A stretch of 64,000 nucleotides of DNA, from positions 64,001 to 128,000 of the forward strand of contig CAWBBV010000024.1 in assembly GCA_963787125.1 (NCBI GenBank), given 5' to 3'. This document shows positions 34,386 to 42,807 of this stretch, one piece after another. Both the position numbers and the translations under genes were made by a program. Under the pieces are notes generated by a model. That model had not been told where the DNA came from and did no database searches. It worked only from the letters and a program-made list of their open reading frames with translations. The stretch is from an uncultured delta proteobacterium (GTDB taxonomy: Bacteria; Desulfobacterota; Desulfuromonadia; Geobacterales; DSM-12255). Each line of letters opens with the position of its first letter. Position 1 is the stretch's first letter.

Positions 34386-36262
34386 AAGCTGAACCTCACT
34401 CCGCCCTCAAGCCAGCGAGGGGTGTTTTTGTAAACTGAATATTGTTTATCGGTTTGATATTGAGCGCCGTTAAAGAGGTTGCGGACTGAAAAGAAGATCT
34501 CAGGCGCCAGGCTGCTGTTGCTGAAGAGACGCTGAGTCAGGAACAGGTCCGTGATAGTAGCGCTGTAACGGGGGGCGTTGCCGACTGTCGGTGCATTCCA
34601 GTCGACGTAGTTGGTAGTCAGGATTCCCTTGAGGCCGATGTTATTTTCTTCATATTTCAGGGAGGCTTTAACCTGCTTGGTCGGTACGCTTTGCAGTTTG
34701 CTGCCGCTTTCTTTGTCACGGGCATCGATGTAGGTGTAGCCTCCGGCCAGGCTGACGCCGTGAAACGAAGTGGTGCGGGCTTCCAGTTCGAATCCTTGCT
34801 TGATCTGCTCCCGGTTCGTGGCTCCAGGGCTGTTAAGGTCGAAGTCGGTCACCGTGGCATTCCAGATATCGTTGTAAAAGAAGGTTCCTTTCAGCCAGAG
34901 ATACGAAATTGCACCTGATTCTACACCAGCCTGTGCAGTCCAGACCCGCTGCGGGCCATTATTATAGACCAATAAGGGGAGGCCGAAGCCGTTGGCAAAA
35001 TAACCGCGCAGCAGGGTCTTCACTCCAAGGTTATAGGTGCCCCCGAGGGAGTAACTGAGACAATCATCGCCAAAGCCGGTATGATCATAACGGATACCGG
35101 GGAGAAGAGTCAGTTCGCCGTAGCTGAGCGTGCCGTTGGCGTAGGCAGCATAGGCGTCTTTAAGCCGATCAAGCAGAAGCGGGGAGGCAGTATTTGCGTT
35201 AACGGACTCTGATTGCTGAATTTTCCCATGGTCATATTCCACGCCGCTGATCAGGCTGTTGCGGTTGTTACCCCAGCGTAGGTTGGTGCCCAAACTGCGA
35301 GTGCTCTCGTGGAGGTGAAAGTCCAGAAAGGGTGTAACGACCCCCTGGTTGTTGTCTCCCAGTTTCGTTTCGCCATTATAGTTGCTGGCCTTGCCAGTCA
35401 ATTCGAGGGTCAGCAATTCGGCCAGGGGGTAGTTGAAATTGAGAAAGGTATAAAAATCGGTGCCCGTACCATTGTCATGTACCAAGGCATTCTCATCCAG
35501 GCCGTGGGCAGAATCAGAATAACTGAGTCCGGAGGTGAGAGTACCCTTGCCAGGCAACTCGTAGGTGATTTTGGCGTAGCCATTGTTATTATTGACGCCG
35601 TTATTGGGGCGTAGACCCCCGGAATGGAGGCTGCCACCGGAAAGGTAGTAGCCGAAGCGGTCGAATGTGCCGCTTACCTCGCCACGGTTATCACGGGTGC
35701 CGCGTTCGCCCAGGGAGGTACTGCCGACTCCGCCGAAAAGACGCGCACTGTTGGGTGTCTTTGTGACGATATTGATGACACCGCCCAAGGCCTGGCCCCA
35801 ACTGCCCGATGCCGCCCCCTTGATTATTTCCACCCGTTCAATCTGCTGTATCGAGATCTGTCCGGGGCTGGCCATCCCTTGAAGTTGGTTATTTTGTTTT
35901 ACACCATCGATCAGTACCAGTACATGGGAAAAGCCTGTTTCAGCCCCTTGAATGCTGAAGTCGGTAAAACTTCCGGGTGTTTGTACATAGGTAAGCTGCA
36001 CGCCGGGGATGGTCTGCAGGACATCGGCTAGGGTGTGGGCGTTAAGAAGGGCGATCTGCTCGGCGGTAATGACGGTGGCATTCTCGGCGATAGATGAGAT
36101 GGGACGGGTGTAGCGAGGGGAGACGGCTGCCGGTTGCTCTTCGGTCGATAGATCAAAAAACATCGACCCTTCATTCTCCTGCTCTGCCTGAACGTGTGAA
36201 ACCAACCCGATGAAAAGGGTCAGCAGGGCGAGAATGAATGTAACTGGCCGGTTTGAGCTCAA
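34382..36262 (-). CDS. TonB-dependent outer-membrane receptor
   Basis: Plug: ATVITAEQI, LQTIPGV, VLVLIDGV, IERVEIIKG, ALGGVINIVTK; C-terminal VRNLFN...RFSF. Confidence 0.93.
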   Translation of the reverse strand: MSSNRPVTFILALLTLFIGLVSHVQAEQENEGSMFFDLSTEEQPAAVSPRYTRPISSIAENATVITAEQIALLNAHTLADVLQTIPGVQLTYVQTPGSFTDFSIQGAETGFSHVLVLIDGVKQNNQLQGMASPGQISIQQIERVEIIKGAASGSWGQALGGVINIVTKTPNSARLFGGVGSTSLGERGTRDNRGEVSGTFDRFGYYLSGGSLHSGGLRPNNGVNNNNGYAKITYELPGKGTLTSGLSYSDSAHGLDENALVHDNGTGTDFYTFLNFNYPLAELLTLELTGKASNYNGETKLGDNNQGVVTPFLDFHLHESTRSLGTNLRWGNNRNSLISGVEYDHGKIQQSESVNANTASPLLLDRLKDAYAAYANGTLSYGELTLLPGIRYDHTGFGDDCLSYSLGGTYNLGVKTLLRGYFANGFGLPLLVYNNGPQRVWTAQAGVESGAISYLWLKGTFFYNDIWNATVTDFDLNSPGATNREQIKQGFELEARTTSFHGVSLAGGYTYIDARDKESGSKLQSVPTKQVKASLKYEENNIGLKGILTTNYVDWNAPTVGNAPRYSATITDLFLTQRLFSNSSLAPEIFFSVRNLFNGAQYQTDKQYSVYKNTPRWLEGGVRFSF

Positions 36263-36297
36263 AGGAACTATCCTTGCATTAATTAAAATATATATGT

Positions 36298-36316
36298 TGC
36301 AATGATAATGAAAATA
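36298..36316. promoter_or_regulatory. Possible Fur-like box in the divergent receptor/peptide promoter region
   Basis: TGCAATGATAATGAAAATA, 12/19 to GATAATGATAATCATTATC by eye. Confidence 0.3.
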
Positions 36317-36431
36317 TGCAAAATCATGCCCGCATGACTAGCAGCTATGGGGCTGATTGTCCAGTAAATTTTGGGCAACTTTCGAGAGCACCATCCTTCG
36401 GGATGTATTTCAACACGAGGAGGAAGCAGCC

Positions 36432-36530
36432 ATGAAAACGGAACAGCTGGAACTGGAAATCCTTGATGAAGGCCGTGAAAACACGGAAGAAGTAAATGCC
36501 TGCTGTAGCGGCAGTCAAGGCAGGGCATAG
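36432..36530 (+). CDS. RiPP precursor peptide (geopeptide-type), MKTEQLELEILDEGRENTEEVNACCSGSQGRA
   Basis: Hand-translated, absent from the ORF track; GAGGAGGA RBS; acidic leader-like part and Cys-Cys/Ser/Gly core; directly upstream of a radical SAM/SPASM gene. Confidence 0.9.
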   Translation: MKTEQLELEILDEGRENTEEVNACCSGSQGRA

Positions 36531-36553
36531 GTCGTTTAAGGCAGTTAACAACC

Positions 36554-36580
36554 GGGGGAGCGCTGCTCCCCCTTTTTTTT
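36554..36580 (+). terminator. Intrinsic terminator between precursor and maturase
   Basis: GGGGGAGC-GCT-GCTCCCCC followed by T8. Confidence 0.8.
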
Positions 36581-36590
36581 GGAGTCTGCC

Positions 36591-37895
36591 ATGTACCTGT
36601 CCCGCTACCTGAAGATCTACCAAGACCCGGAACGCCAGGGAGCACTTCTCATCTACTCCACAAAAAAGGGGTCGCTGCTGCGTGCTTCAACGGATCTGCT
36701 CGCCGCTATTCAAGCGGATACCCTGACTGATGCGGAACAAACTATCCTGTTTCGTATGGAAATCATCATTAAAGACCCGCAGGCCGAACGGGAAGAGATG
36801 CATTCGCTTGTTACCAGGACCAACCAGCGCAGCAATAAGTTCAGCGCCACGGTGGTGCTCAATCTGGACTGCAATCTGGCCTGCCCTTACTGCTACGAGG
36901 ATCATTTCCGGGGGAAGTATTACATGACCCCTGCCACTGCCCGTATTCTGGTGGAGAAAATCATCAGTGAACAGATCAGCCGCGGTCGCAATGTCAAGCT
37001 ACAGTTCTACGGCGGTGAGCCGCTCCTCTCCCTGCCGCTGATACACACCATTGCCACACCGCTCCAGGCGGCGGCGCAGGCAAAAGGGTGCGGATTTGCC
37101 TTTACCCTGACAACCAATGGTACGCTCCTCACTCGCAAGGTGGTGGAAGAGCTGCTTCCTCTGGGGCTGACCGGAGCTGTCCTTACTCTGGACGGTCCGG
37201 CCGAGATTCACGATCGGCAGCGCCCCTTTGTTTCCGGCAAGGGGAGCTTTGCCACCATTGTCGCCAACATCAAGGAGACTTTCGACCTTCTCAATCTGCA
37301 GATTGGCGGCAACTTCGCCAAGGATAACTACCAACAGTTTCCCCTGATGCTGGATCACCTGCTGGCCGAAGGGCTTGCGCCAGACAAACTTGGCATAGTG
37401 CAGTTTGCGCCCGTCACCCCCAAGTCGGGGAGAGTCTCCGGTCAGGACAGCCACAGCGGCTGCATCTCCGGATCTGAGCCGTGGGTCACGGAAGCGGCTA
37501 TATTCTTGCGGGGCGAAACCCTCAGGCGGGGGTTTGTTTCCTTCAAGCCGACTATGGCCGCTTGTGTCATCGAGTTTGAAAGCAATCTGGTGGTAAATTA
37601 CGACGGCTCCCTCTACAAATGCCCCGCCTTCATGGGGTGGCCGGAGCTCTCCGTCGGCACTCTGGAGGACGGCATCAAGGATTACTCCGTCTCCCACAAT
37701 CTGACCCTCTGGCAGAATGACGCATGCCTCGACTGCGCCTATCTCCCCTTATGTTTCGGCGGCTGCCGCCTCAATCCCCTCTTGAAAAACGGTGTCATCA
37801 ACGCAGTTGACTGCCGCCGCGAGTTTTACGATATCGCTCTGGAGCAGTTTATTCTTCAGGATATCGGGACTAATGTGACTAACAACCTGCCTTAA
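36591..37895 (+). CDS. Radical SAM/SPASM peptide maturase (geopeptide maturase-like)
   Basis: CNLACPYC, FYGGEPLL, TTNGTLL, LDG...HD; SPASM GSLYKC...CLDCAYLPLCFGGC; N-terminal extension that may be an RRE. Confidence 0.92.
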   Translation: MYLSRYLKIYQDPERQGALLIYSTKKGSLLRASTDLLAAIQADTLTDAEQTILFRMEIIIKDPQAEREEMHSLVTRTNQRSNKFSATVVLNLDCNLACPYCYEDHFRGKYYMTPATARILVEKIISEQISRGRNVKLQFYGGEPLLSLPLIHTIATPLQAAAQAKGCGFAFTLTTNGTLLTRKVVEELLPLGLTGAVLTLDGPAEIHDRQRPFVSGKGSFATIVANIKETFDLLNLQIGGNFAKDNYQQFPLMLDHLLAEGLAPDKLGIVQFAPVTPKSGRVSGQDSHSGCISGSEPWVTEAAIFLRGETLRRGFVSFKPTMAACVIEFESNLVVNYDGSLYKCPAFMGWPELSVGTLEDGIKDYSVSHNLTLWQNDACLDCAYLPLCFGGCRLNPLLKNGVINAVDCRREFYDIALEQFILQDIGTNVTNNLP

Positions 37896-38123
37896 AAATA
37901 ACTTTACATCCCCTGTAACATCAAGTTCAGAGCGGCTTGACAGGGTTATGTAAAGTTCCTTTACGTTTTTGTAACCTGCCGTAATCATGAAATTAATTTG
38001 CGAATTGAAAGTTTCTTTACACCGATCTACGTCTTCAAATTTTACCCATCCGGCTTAAAAATGCCACTGAAGCTTATAACTAGCCTAAATTATTTAATAT
38101 AATGCGTTGGCACAGTATCTGTA
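37892..38123 (+). promoter_or_regulatory. Putative sigma54 promoter with upstream activator sites
   Basis: TGGCACAGTATCTGTA at 38108-38123 (-24 canonical, -12 GT instead of GC); related 17-mers ending CTTTAC(A/G) at 37892, 37949, 38005. Confidence 0.5.
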
Positions 38124-38161
38124 TCGGGGCTATTGATGATTAAGTGTTGAGGAGGCTATCT

Positions 38162-38764
38162 ATGAACTATGATTTTGCAATTGGCGTAAAACCCCTCCCA
38201 TTAAAAATTGATACTGTTTCTGTCCCGTCTCTTTCCGGACAGATTGGCATATCTTCATGCCCAGGCATGAAGGAGTTCAGCACACTCGACCTTTATGAAG
38301 ACCGTGTTGATAACGATCTGCAGAATATTTGCAGTTGGGGGGCAACGGTCATCGTTACTCTGCTTGAAGCACGCGAGATCAGCATCCTCGGGATTGCTGA
38401 CCTTCCGGAAAAAGCCCTGGCAAAAAATATCCTCTGGCTGCACCTCCCGATGAATAATATTGGTCTGCCTGACAGAGAGTTTGAGGAGATGTGGAAGTGG
38501 GCAGGATCGAGACTTCTTAATTTTCTTCAGGAGGGACAAAGTATCCTGATTCACTGTAAAGAAGGGATTGGCCGCTCCGGCATTATTGCTGCCAGGCTGT
38601 TGATAGAGTCCGGGATTGAACCGGACAGCGCTATAAAGTCGGTCAGAAAAGCCAGGCCGGGCAGTCTGATGCTTTATTCCCAGGAAAAGTATTGCTGTTC
38701 TCTTAAACCCATTGTTGCTTCTAAAGAGGGCGCAGCAGCAAAGATATTTTCTGCAAGGGCTTAA
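38162..38764 (+). CDS. Dual-specificity protein phosphatase (CDKN3-like)
   Basis: HCKEGIGRSG (HCX5R); IGISSCPG; VRKARPGS; GGAGG RBS. Confidence 0.88.
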   Translation: MNYDFAIGVKPLPLKIDTVSVPSLSGQIGISSCPGMKEFSTLDLYEDRVDNDLQNICSWGATVIVTLLEAREISILGIADLPEKALAKNILWLHLPMNNIGLPDREFEEMWKWAGSRLLNFLQEGQSILIHCKEGIGRSGIIAARLLIESGIEPDSAIKSVRKARPGSLMLYSQEKYCCSLKPIVASKEGAAAKIFSARA

Positions 38765-38876
38765 ACATTCTCGTCAGTTTGAGTCGCTTCTCCTTATTTC
38801 AAACCCCGCCCCTTTCCCTTTCCCTTGCATCATTCCTGATATTCGATTATTCTTCAAAAGATAAAAATCCGCACTT

Positions 38877-39620
38877 ATGGAAACTGCCTTGAAAATTACA
38901 GTTGTCATACCGACTTACAATGAACGTGAAAATGTCGAGAAGCTCTCGTCACTGATTCTTGCCCAGGACGAAAGGATTGATATCCTTTTTGTTGATGACA
39001 ATTCTCCTGACGGTACTGGCGAAATTATTGACCGTCTTGCCTCCCAAAGTACGCGTGTCAAGGTTCTGCACAGGGCAGGCAAGCTTGGCCTTGGTTCTGC
39101 TTATCGTGAAGGCTTCAAAATCGCCATTGAAGATAAGGCCGATTATATTATCGAAATGGATGCTGACTTCTCTCATGACCCGGCCATGCTGCCGCTGTTT
39201 ATCGAGAAGATGGCACAAGCCGATGTTGTTATCGGTTCCAGATACATAAACGGTGTCAGTGTTGTTAACTGGCCGATAAGACGTCTTATCCTCAGCTACT
39301 TTGCCAGTGTTTATACCCGGATGATAACCGGATTGCATCTTTCTGACTGTACGGGTGGTTTCAAATGTTTCCGCAGAAATGTACTCGAATCCATCGATCT
39401 TGCTTCTGTCAGATCCGATGGCTACTCTTTTCAGATAGAGATGAACTACAGGTGTAATGAGCGTGGCTTCAGGATCAGCGAGATACCCATCATCTTTGTT
39501 GACAGGCATGCAGGCACTTCAAAGATGTCAAAGCAGATAGTCAGGGAGGCTGTTTTTATGGTCTGGAAACTTAAACTGGGGAGCGTCAGTCGAGCTCTTT
39601 TCGGAAAGAGGCTGAAGTGA
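38877..39620 (+). CDS. Polyprenol monophosphomannose synthase-like GT2
   Basis: IPTYNEREN, VDDNSPDGT, EMDADFSHDP, GYSFQIE. Confidence 0.92.
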   Translation: METALKITVVIPTYNERENVEKLSSLILAQDERIDILFVDDNSPDGTGEIIDRLASQSTRVKVLHRAGKLGLGSAYREGFKIAIEDKADYIIEMDADFSHDPAMLPLFIEKMAQADVVIGSRYINGVSVVNWPIRRLILSYFASVYTRMITGLHLSDCTGGFKCFRRNVLESIDLASVRSDGYSFQIEMNYRCNERGFRISEIPIIFVDRHAGTSKMSKQIVREAVFMVWKLKLGSVSRALFGKRLK

Positions 39621-39802
39621 TGAACGAATATTGGGGGCTACTTTCCCAGTTGGGATTATGGGGATGGATAGTAACGATTCTTTTTTTCATCCACTATTCA
39701 TTTCCACATCAGGATAAATTTGTTTTCAAAGCAGCTTTAAAGTGGGGAGCCATTTCTCTCGGTTTTTTTTCTTTCTGGATCGCCGGAATGCTGTTGGCTT
39801 GA
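39617..39802 (+). CDS. Small two-TM membrane protein
   Basis: Overlaps the GT2 stop codon; two hydrophobic helices. Confidence 0.7.
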   Translation: MMNEYWGLLSQLGLWGWIVTILFFIHYSFPHQDKFVFKAALKWGAISLGFFSFWIAGMLLA

Positions 39803-39813
39803 TAGGAGCTTAT

Positions 39814-40857
39814 TTGCCGCGCTTATTGCTCTGTATCACGACATGTTTGTTGCTGTTTGCAGGTTGCTCGCACAAAGGGGCAAAGAGCGAGTTCTTGAAG
39901 GACTCAACTCTCTCTGTAGTTTGGCCGTCGCCCCCGCAGCAGCCAAGGGTGAAGCTTCTCAAGGTTTTTACCGGTCCGGAGGAGTTTGCGGTTCCTAAAA
40001 CTGCTCTCCATTCTCTTTTTGAGGCGATAACCGGTGAGCATCCCCAGGCTGTCGGATTAATGACCCCTGCCGGCATAGTATCTGACGGAGACCGGTATAT
40101 CTACATTGCCGACCCTTCAGCACGGCTTGTGCACAAAATCGATTTCATCGACAATGAAGTTTCCTATCTGACCCACTCCGGCACCGAGCCGCTTGCCAGC
40201 CCTGTAGGGGTAGCACTTGACAGTTTCGGCAACTGTTATGTGACTGATTCGGTAAAAGCCAAAGTCTATAAGTACAACAGCAAAGGTGAATACGTCGGAA
40301 TGATTGGCGAAAGTGCCATTGAGTTTCAAAGGCCGGCCGGAATTGCTATCGGCAAAAACGACTATAAGTATGTTGCTGACGTGCTGCTGAACAAGATCTA
40401 CGTTTTTGATAGCAAGGACAAATTCCTGAAAGATTTTCCCGACCCTGAATATGCAAAAGATCTGAACAAACCGGTAAACCTGGCAGTCGATCCTGCGGGT
40501 AATGTTTATGTGACGGATGCCTTTAATTTTTCGGTCAAGATCTTCGATCCGGCTGGAAAACTTATCAGAACCATCGGTTCAGTCGGTGACGGTCCAGGCA
40601 CTTTTGCCAGGCCTAAGGGAATTGCTCTTGACAGCGAATCCCATATTTACATCATTGATGCAAATTTTGACAACTACCAGATATTCAATCAATCCGGACA
40701 GTTGCTTCTTTATGTTGGGACTACCGGCAAGAAACCGGGTCAATTCTTTATGCCCAACGGCATATTCATAGATTCTGAAGACAGAATCTATATTTCTGAT
40801 TCATACAATCAACGTGTTCAGATTTTTCAGTACCTTAAAGAAGAGAAGTCGAAATAG
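39814..40857 (+). CDS. NHL-repeat beta-propeller lipoprotein
   Basis: Repeated PxGIAxD...YVTD motifs; lipobox FAGC; TTG start after AGGAG (start uncertain). Confidence 0.88.
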   Translation: MPRLLLCITTCLLLFAGCSHKGAKSEFLKDSTLSVVWPSPPQQPRVKLLKVFTGPEEFAVPKTALHSLFEAITGEHPQAVGLMTPAGIVSDGDRYIYIADPSARLVHKIDFIDNEVSYLTHSGTEPLASPVGVALDSFGNCYVTDSVKAKVYKYNSKGEYVGMIGESAIEFQRPAGIAIGKNDYKYVADVLLNKIYVFDSKDKFLKDFPDPEYAKDLNKPVNLAVDPAGNVYVTDAFNFSVKIFDPAGKLIRTIGSVGDGPGTFARPKGIALDSESHIYIIDANFDNYQIFNQSGQLLLYVGTTGKKPGQFFMPNGIFIDSEDRIYISDSYNQRVQIFQYLKEEKSK

Positions 40858-41622
40858 ATGCGAGATTTATTCCTTACAGCTGTTTTCGTTTTATTTGCTT
40901 TGTCAGGGGCATCTGAAGGTGCAGGTAAAAAAATATCCGAAATGGGCAATAAACATAATTTCTCCTATGGAAATATCTCAGCCAACTTCCGCGCTATTCC
41001 CGGTGATTCTCTGACGAGATATGACAGAAGCTCGCAGATTTGCGTTTTCTGTCACACTCCACACCGGTCGAGCAGTGAAGGGCCTCTCTGGAATAGAGCT
41101 GCATCCAGCCGGACTTTCAAACACTTTTCATCCTCAACCCTTGCCATTGATGACGCTGCTGTCAAGGGGGCAAGTGACTACGGTCAGCCCAACGGTTCAT
41201 CACGGCTCTGCCTTAGCTGCCATGACGGCGTGACAGCGCTTGGCGCGGTGTTTACTACTCCAGGTAGAGCGACTTCCGAGCCTATTCATTTCATTAATCA
41301 GAGAACCGGTCAAACCGGTCCTAATGTAGCTATCGGCTATGAGACTTTTTCGAGTCATCATCCGGTCTCATTCAAGTATGATGCTACAGTGAGAAATCTT
41401 CTCAGAAGTCCACCTTACAATAAATCAGAATACTGGTGGAGTCCCACATCTAATGATGTCAAGCTCGACAAGCAGGAGCGGATGCAGTGCAAGACCTGTC
41501 ATGACCCTCATCAGGACAGATCGGATGTCCCAAGTCCAATGAATCCTTTATGGACCGCCAAGACTTACGCTGAAGTCTGTCTGACATGTCATAACGTAAT
41601 ACCTACAGTCATTCCATGGTAG
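40858..41622 (+). CDS. Multiheme cytochrome c (4 CxxCH)
   Basis: Signal peptide; CVFCH, CLSCH, CKTCH, CLTCH. Confidence 0.92.
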   Translation: MRDLFLTAVFVLFALSGASEGAGKKISEMGNKHNFSYGNISANFRAIPGDSLTRYDRSSQICVFCHTPHRSSSEGPLWNRAASSRTFKHFSSSTLAIDDAAVKGASDYGQPNGSSRLCLSCHDGVTALGAVFTTPGRATSEPIHFINQRTGQTGPNVAIGYETFSSHHPVSFKYDATVRNLLRSPPYNKSEYWWSPTSNDVKLDKQERMQCKTCHDPHQDRSDVPSPMNPLWTAKTYAEVCLTCHNVIPTVIPW

Positions 41623-41630
41623 CGTTGATT

Positions 41631-42707
41631 ATGAAATTTACACTTTACTTCAATTTGCTGATTGTCCTTTTACAGATTTTTTCAGGAAATGCTTTGGCCG
41701 GGGCTCATCTTGATAAGCTGAAGCTGCCCGCAGGCTGTGCAACTTGTCACTATAAGGCAAGTCTCAAGGGTGGTGGCGGTTCTGCCGGGTGCGTTGTTTG
41801 TCACGGTAATCCGCAACGAAGGGCTCAAAGCGCAAAAGTTCCCATGGTGAATGCGCTAAATATTGGTGATCTCAAGAATATCGAGGCTGAATTTTTCAAG
41901 ACTTTCAGGCATCCGGTTTTTGATACACCCGGTATCCACAGGACTAACGAAATCCTCCCTGAAGTAGATACAAAGGCTTTGAGGCATGCGGATTGTGTTG
42001 ACTGTCATCACCCTCATTACGTTTCAAAAGAGAACATGTATGCTGGTCTTAAAGGGAAAAAAGTGGTAAGCCAGTTTACGGAGTCTGTCAGAGAAGCTGA
42101 ACTCTGCTACCTTTGTCATGGTGATTCTGCCAACCTCCCCGGTAAATATGCCAATAAGAGGATTGAGTTTCAACTTACTAATCCGTCTTATCATCCAGTG
42201 CAGGGTGAAGGAAAGAGCTCGACTGTTATAAGTCTCATCCGTCCTTATAAAGAGAAAAAAATAGCCGCTACTGATGTATCGGTTATTTCATGTTCCGATT
42301 GCCACGGTAACGATGACAGCAACGGGCCTAAAGGCGTGCATGGTTCGCGTAACCGGTTCATTCTCAAAGATAATTTCGACGCTTCCGACAATATTGTAGA
42401 GGGTACCCAGACGTATGCGCTCTGTTATCGTTGCCACAGTCGTTCCAGTATTCTTGCAAACGAGAGCTTCAGGTTTCATTCCATGCACATCCAGGGTAAG
42501 TCTGTTTCCAAGCCAGGGACGTCGTGTTATACCTGCCACAATTCTCACGGCAGTGTTGAGTTTAAATATTTATTAATGTTTAACAAGTCTGTGGTTTCAC
42601 CAACTTCCAAAGGATTGCTGAAGTTTGTTGAGAAAGGAACAGCAAAGTTCAGTGGCGAATGTTATCTTACTTGTCATGGAGTTGAACATAACCCTAAATC
42701 GTATTGA
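41631..42707 (+). CDS. Multiheme cytochrome c (7 CxxCH plus one CxxxCH)
   Basis: CATCH, CVVCH, CVDCH, CYLCH, CSDCH, CYRCH, CYTCH, CYLTCH. Confidence 0.92.
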   Translation: MKFTLYFNLLIVLLQIFSGNALAGAHLDKLKLPAGCATCHYKASLKGGGGSAGCVVCHGNPQRRAQSAKVPMVNALNIGDLKNIEAEFFKTFRHPVFDTPGIHRTNEILPEVDTKALRHADCVDCHHPHYVSKENMYAGLKGKKVVSQFTESVREAELCYLCHGDSANLPGKYANKRIEFQLTNPSYHPVQGEGKSSTVISLIRPYKEKKIAATDVSVISCSDCHGNDDSNGPKGVHGSRNRFILKDNFDASDNIVEGTQTYALCYRCHSRSSILANESFRFHSMHIQGKSVSKPGTSCYTCHNSHGSVEFKYLLMFNKSVVSPTSKGLLKFVEKGTAKFSGECYLTCHGVEHNPKSY

Positions 42708-42807
42708 TAAAGTTAGAACTTATACTGATTATCAGGGTTAGATTTCAGAAGTATGCCCCTCTTTGGGTTGTTTATAATTCTATTTTCAAAGTACAACTGA
42801 CTTAACT

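Noticed and set aside
36316..36333. Minus-strand GGGCATGATTTTGCA as a sigma54 promoter for the TonB receptor
   Set aside because: With the canonical GGCA alignment the GG-GC spacing is 9, not the required 10; the alternative register loses the -24 context
36432..36530. Selenocysteine recoding in the precursor peptide
   Set aside because: Both Cys codons are TGC/TGT and the stop is TAG; no in-frame TGA
36283..36645. Minus-strand ORFs of 120 and 92 aa over the peptide locus
   Set aside because: No RBS or recognisable motifs; antisense to the better-supported precursor and maturase
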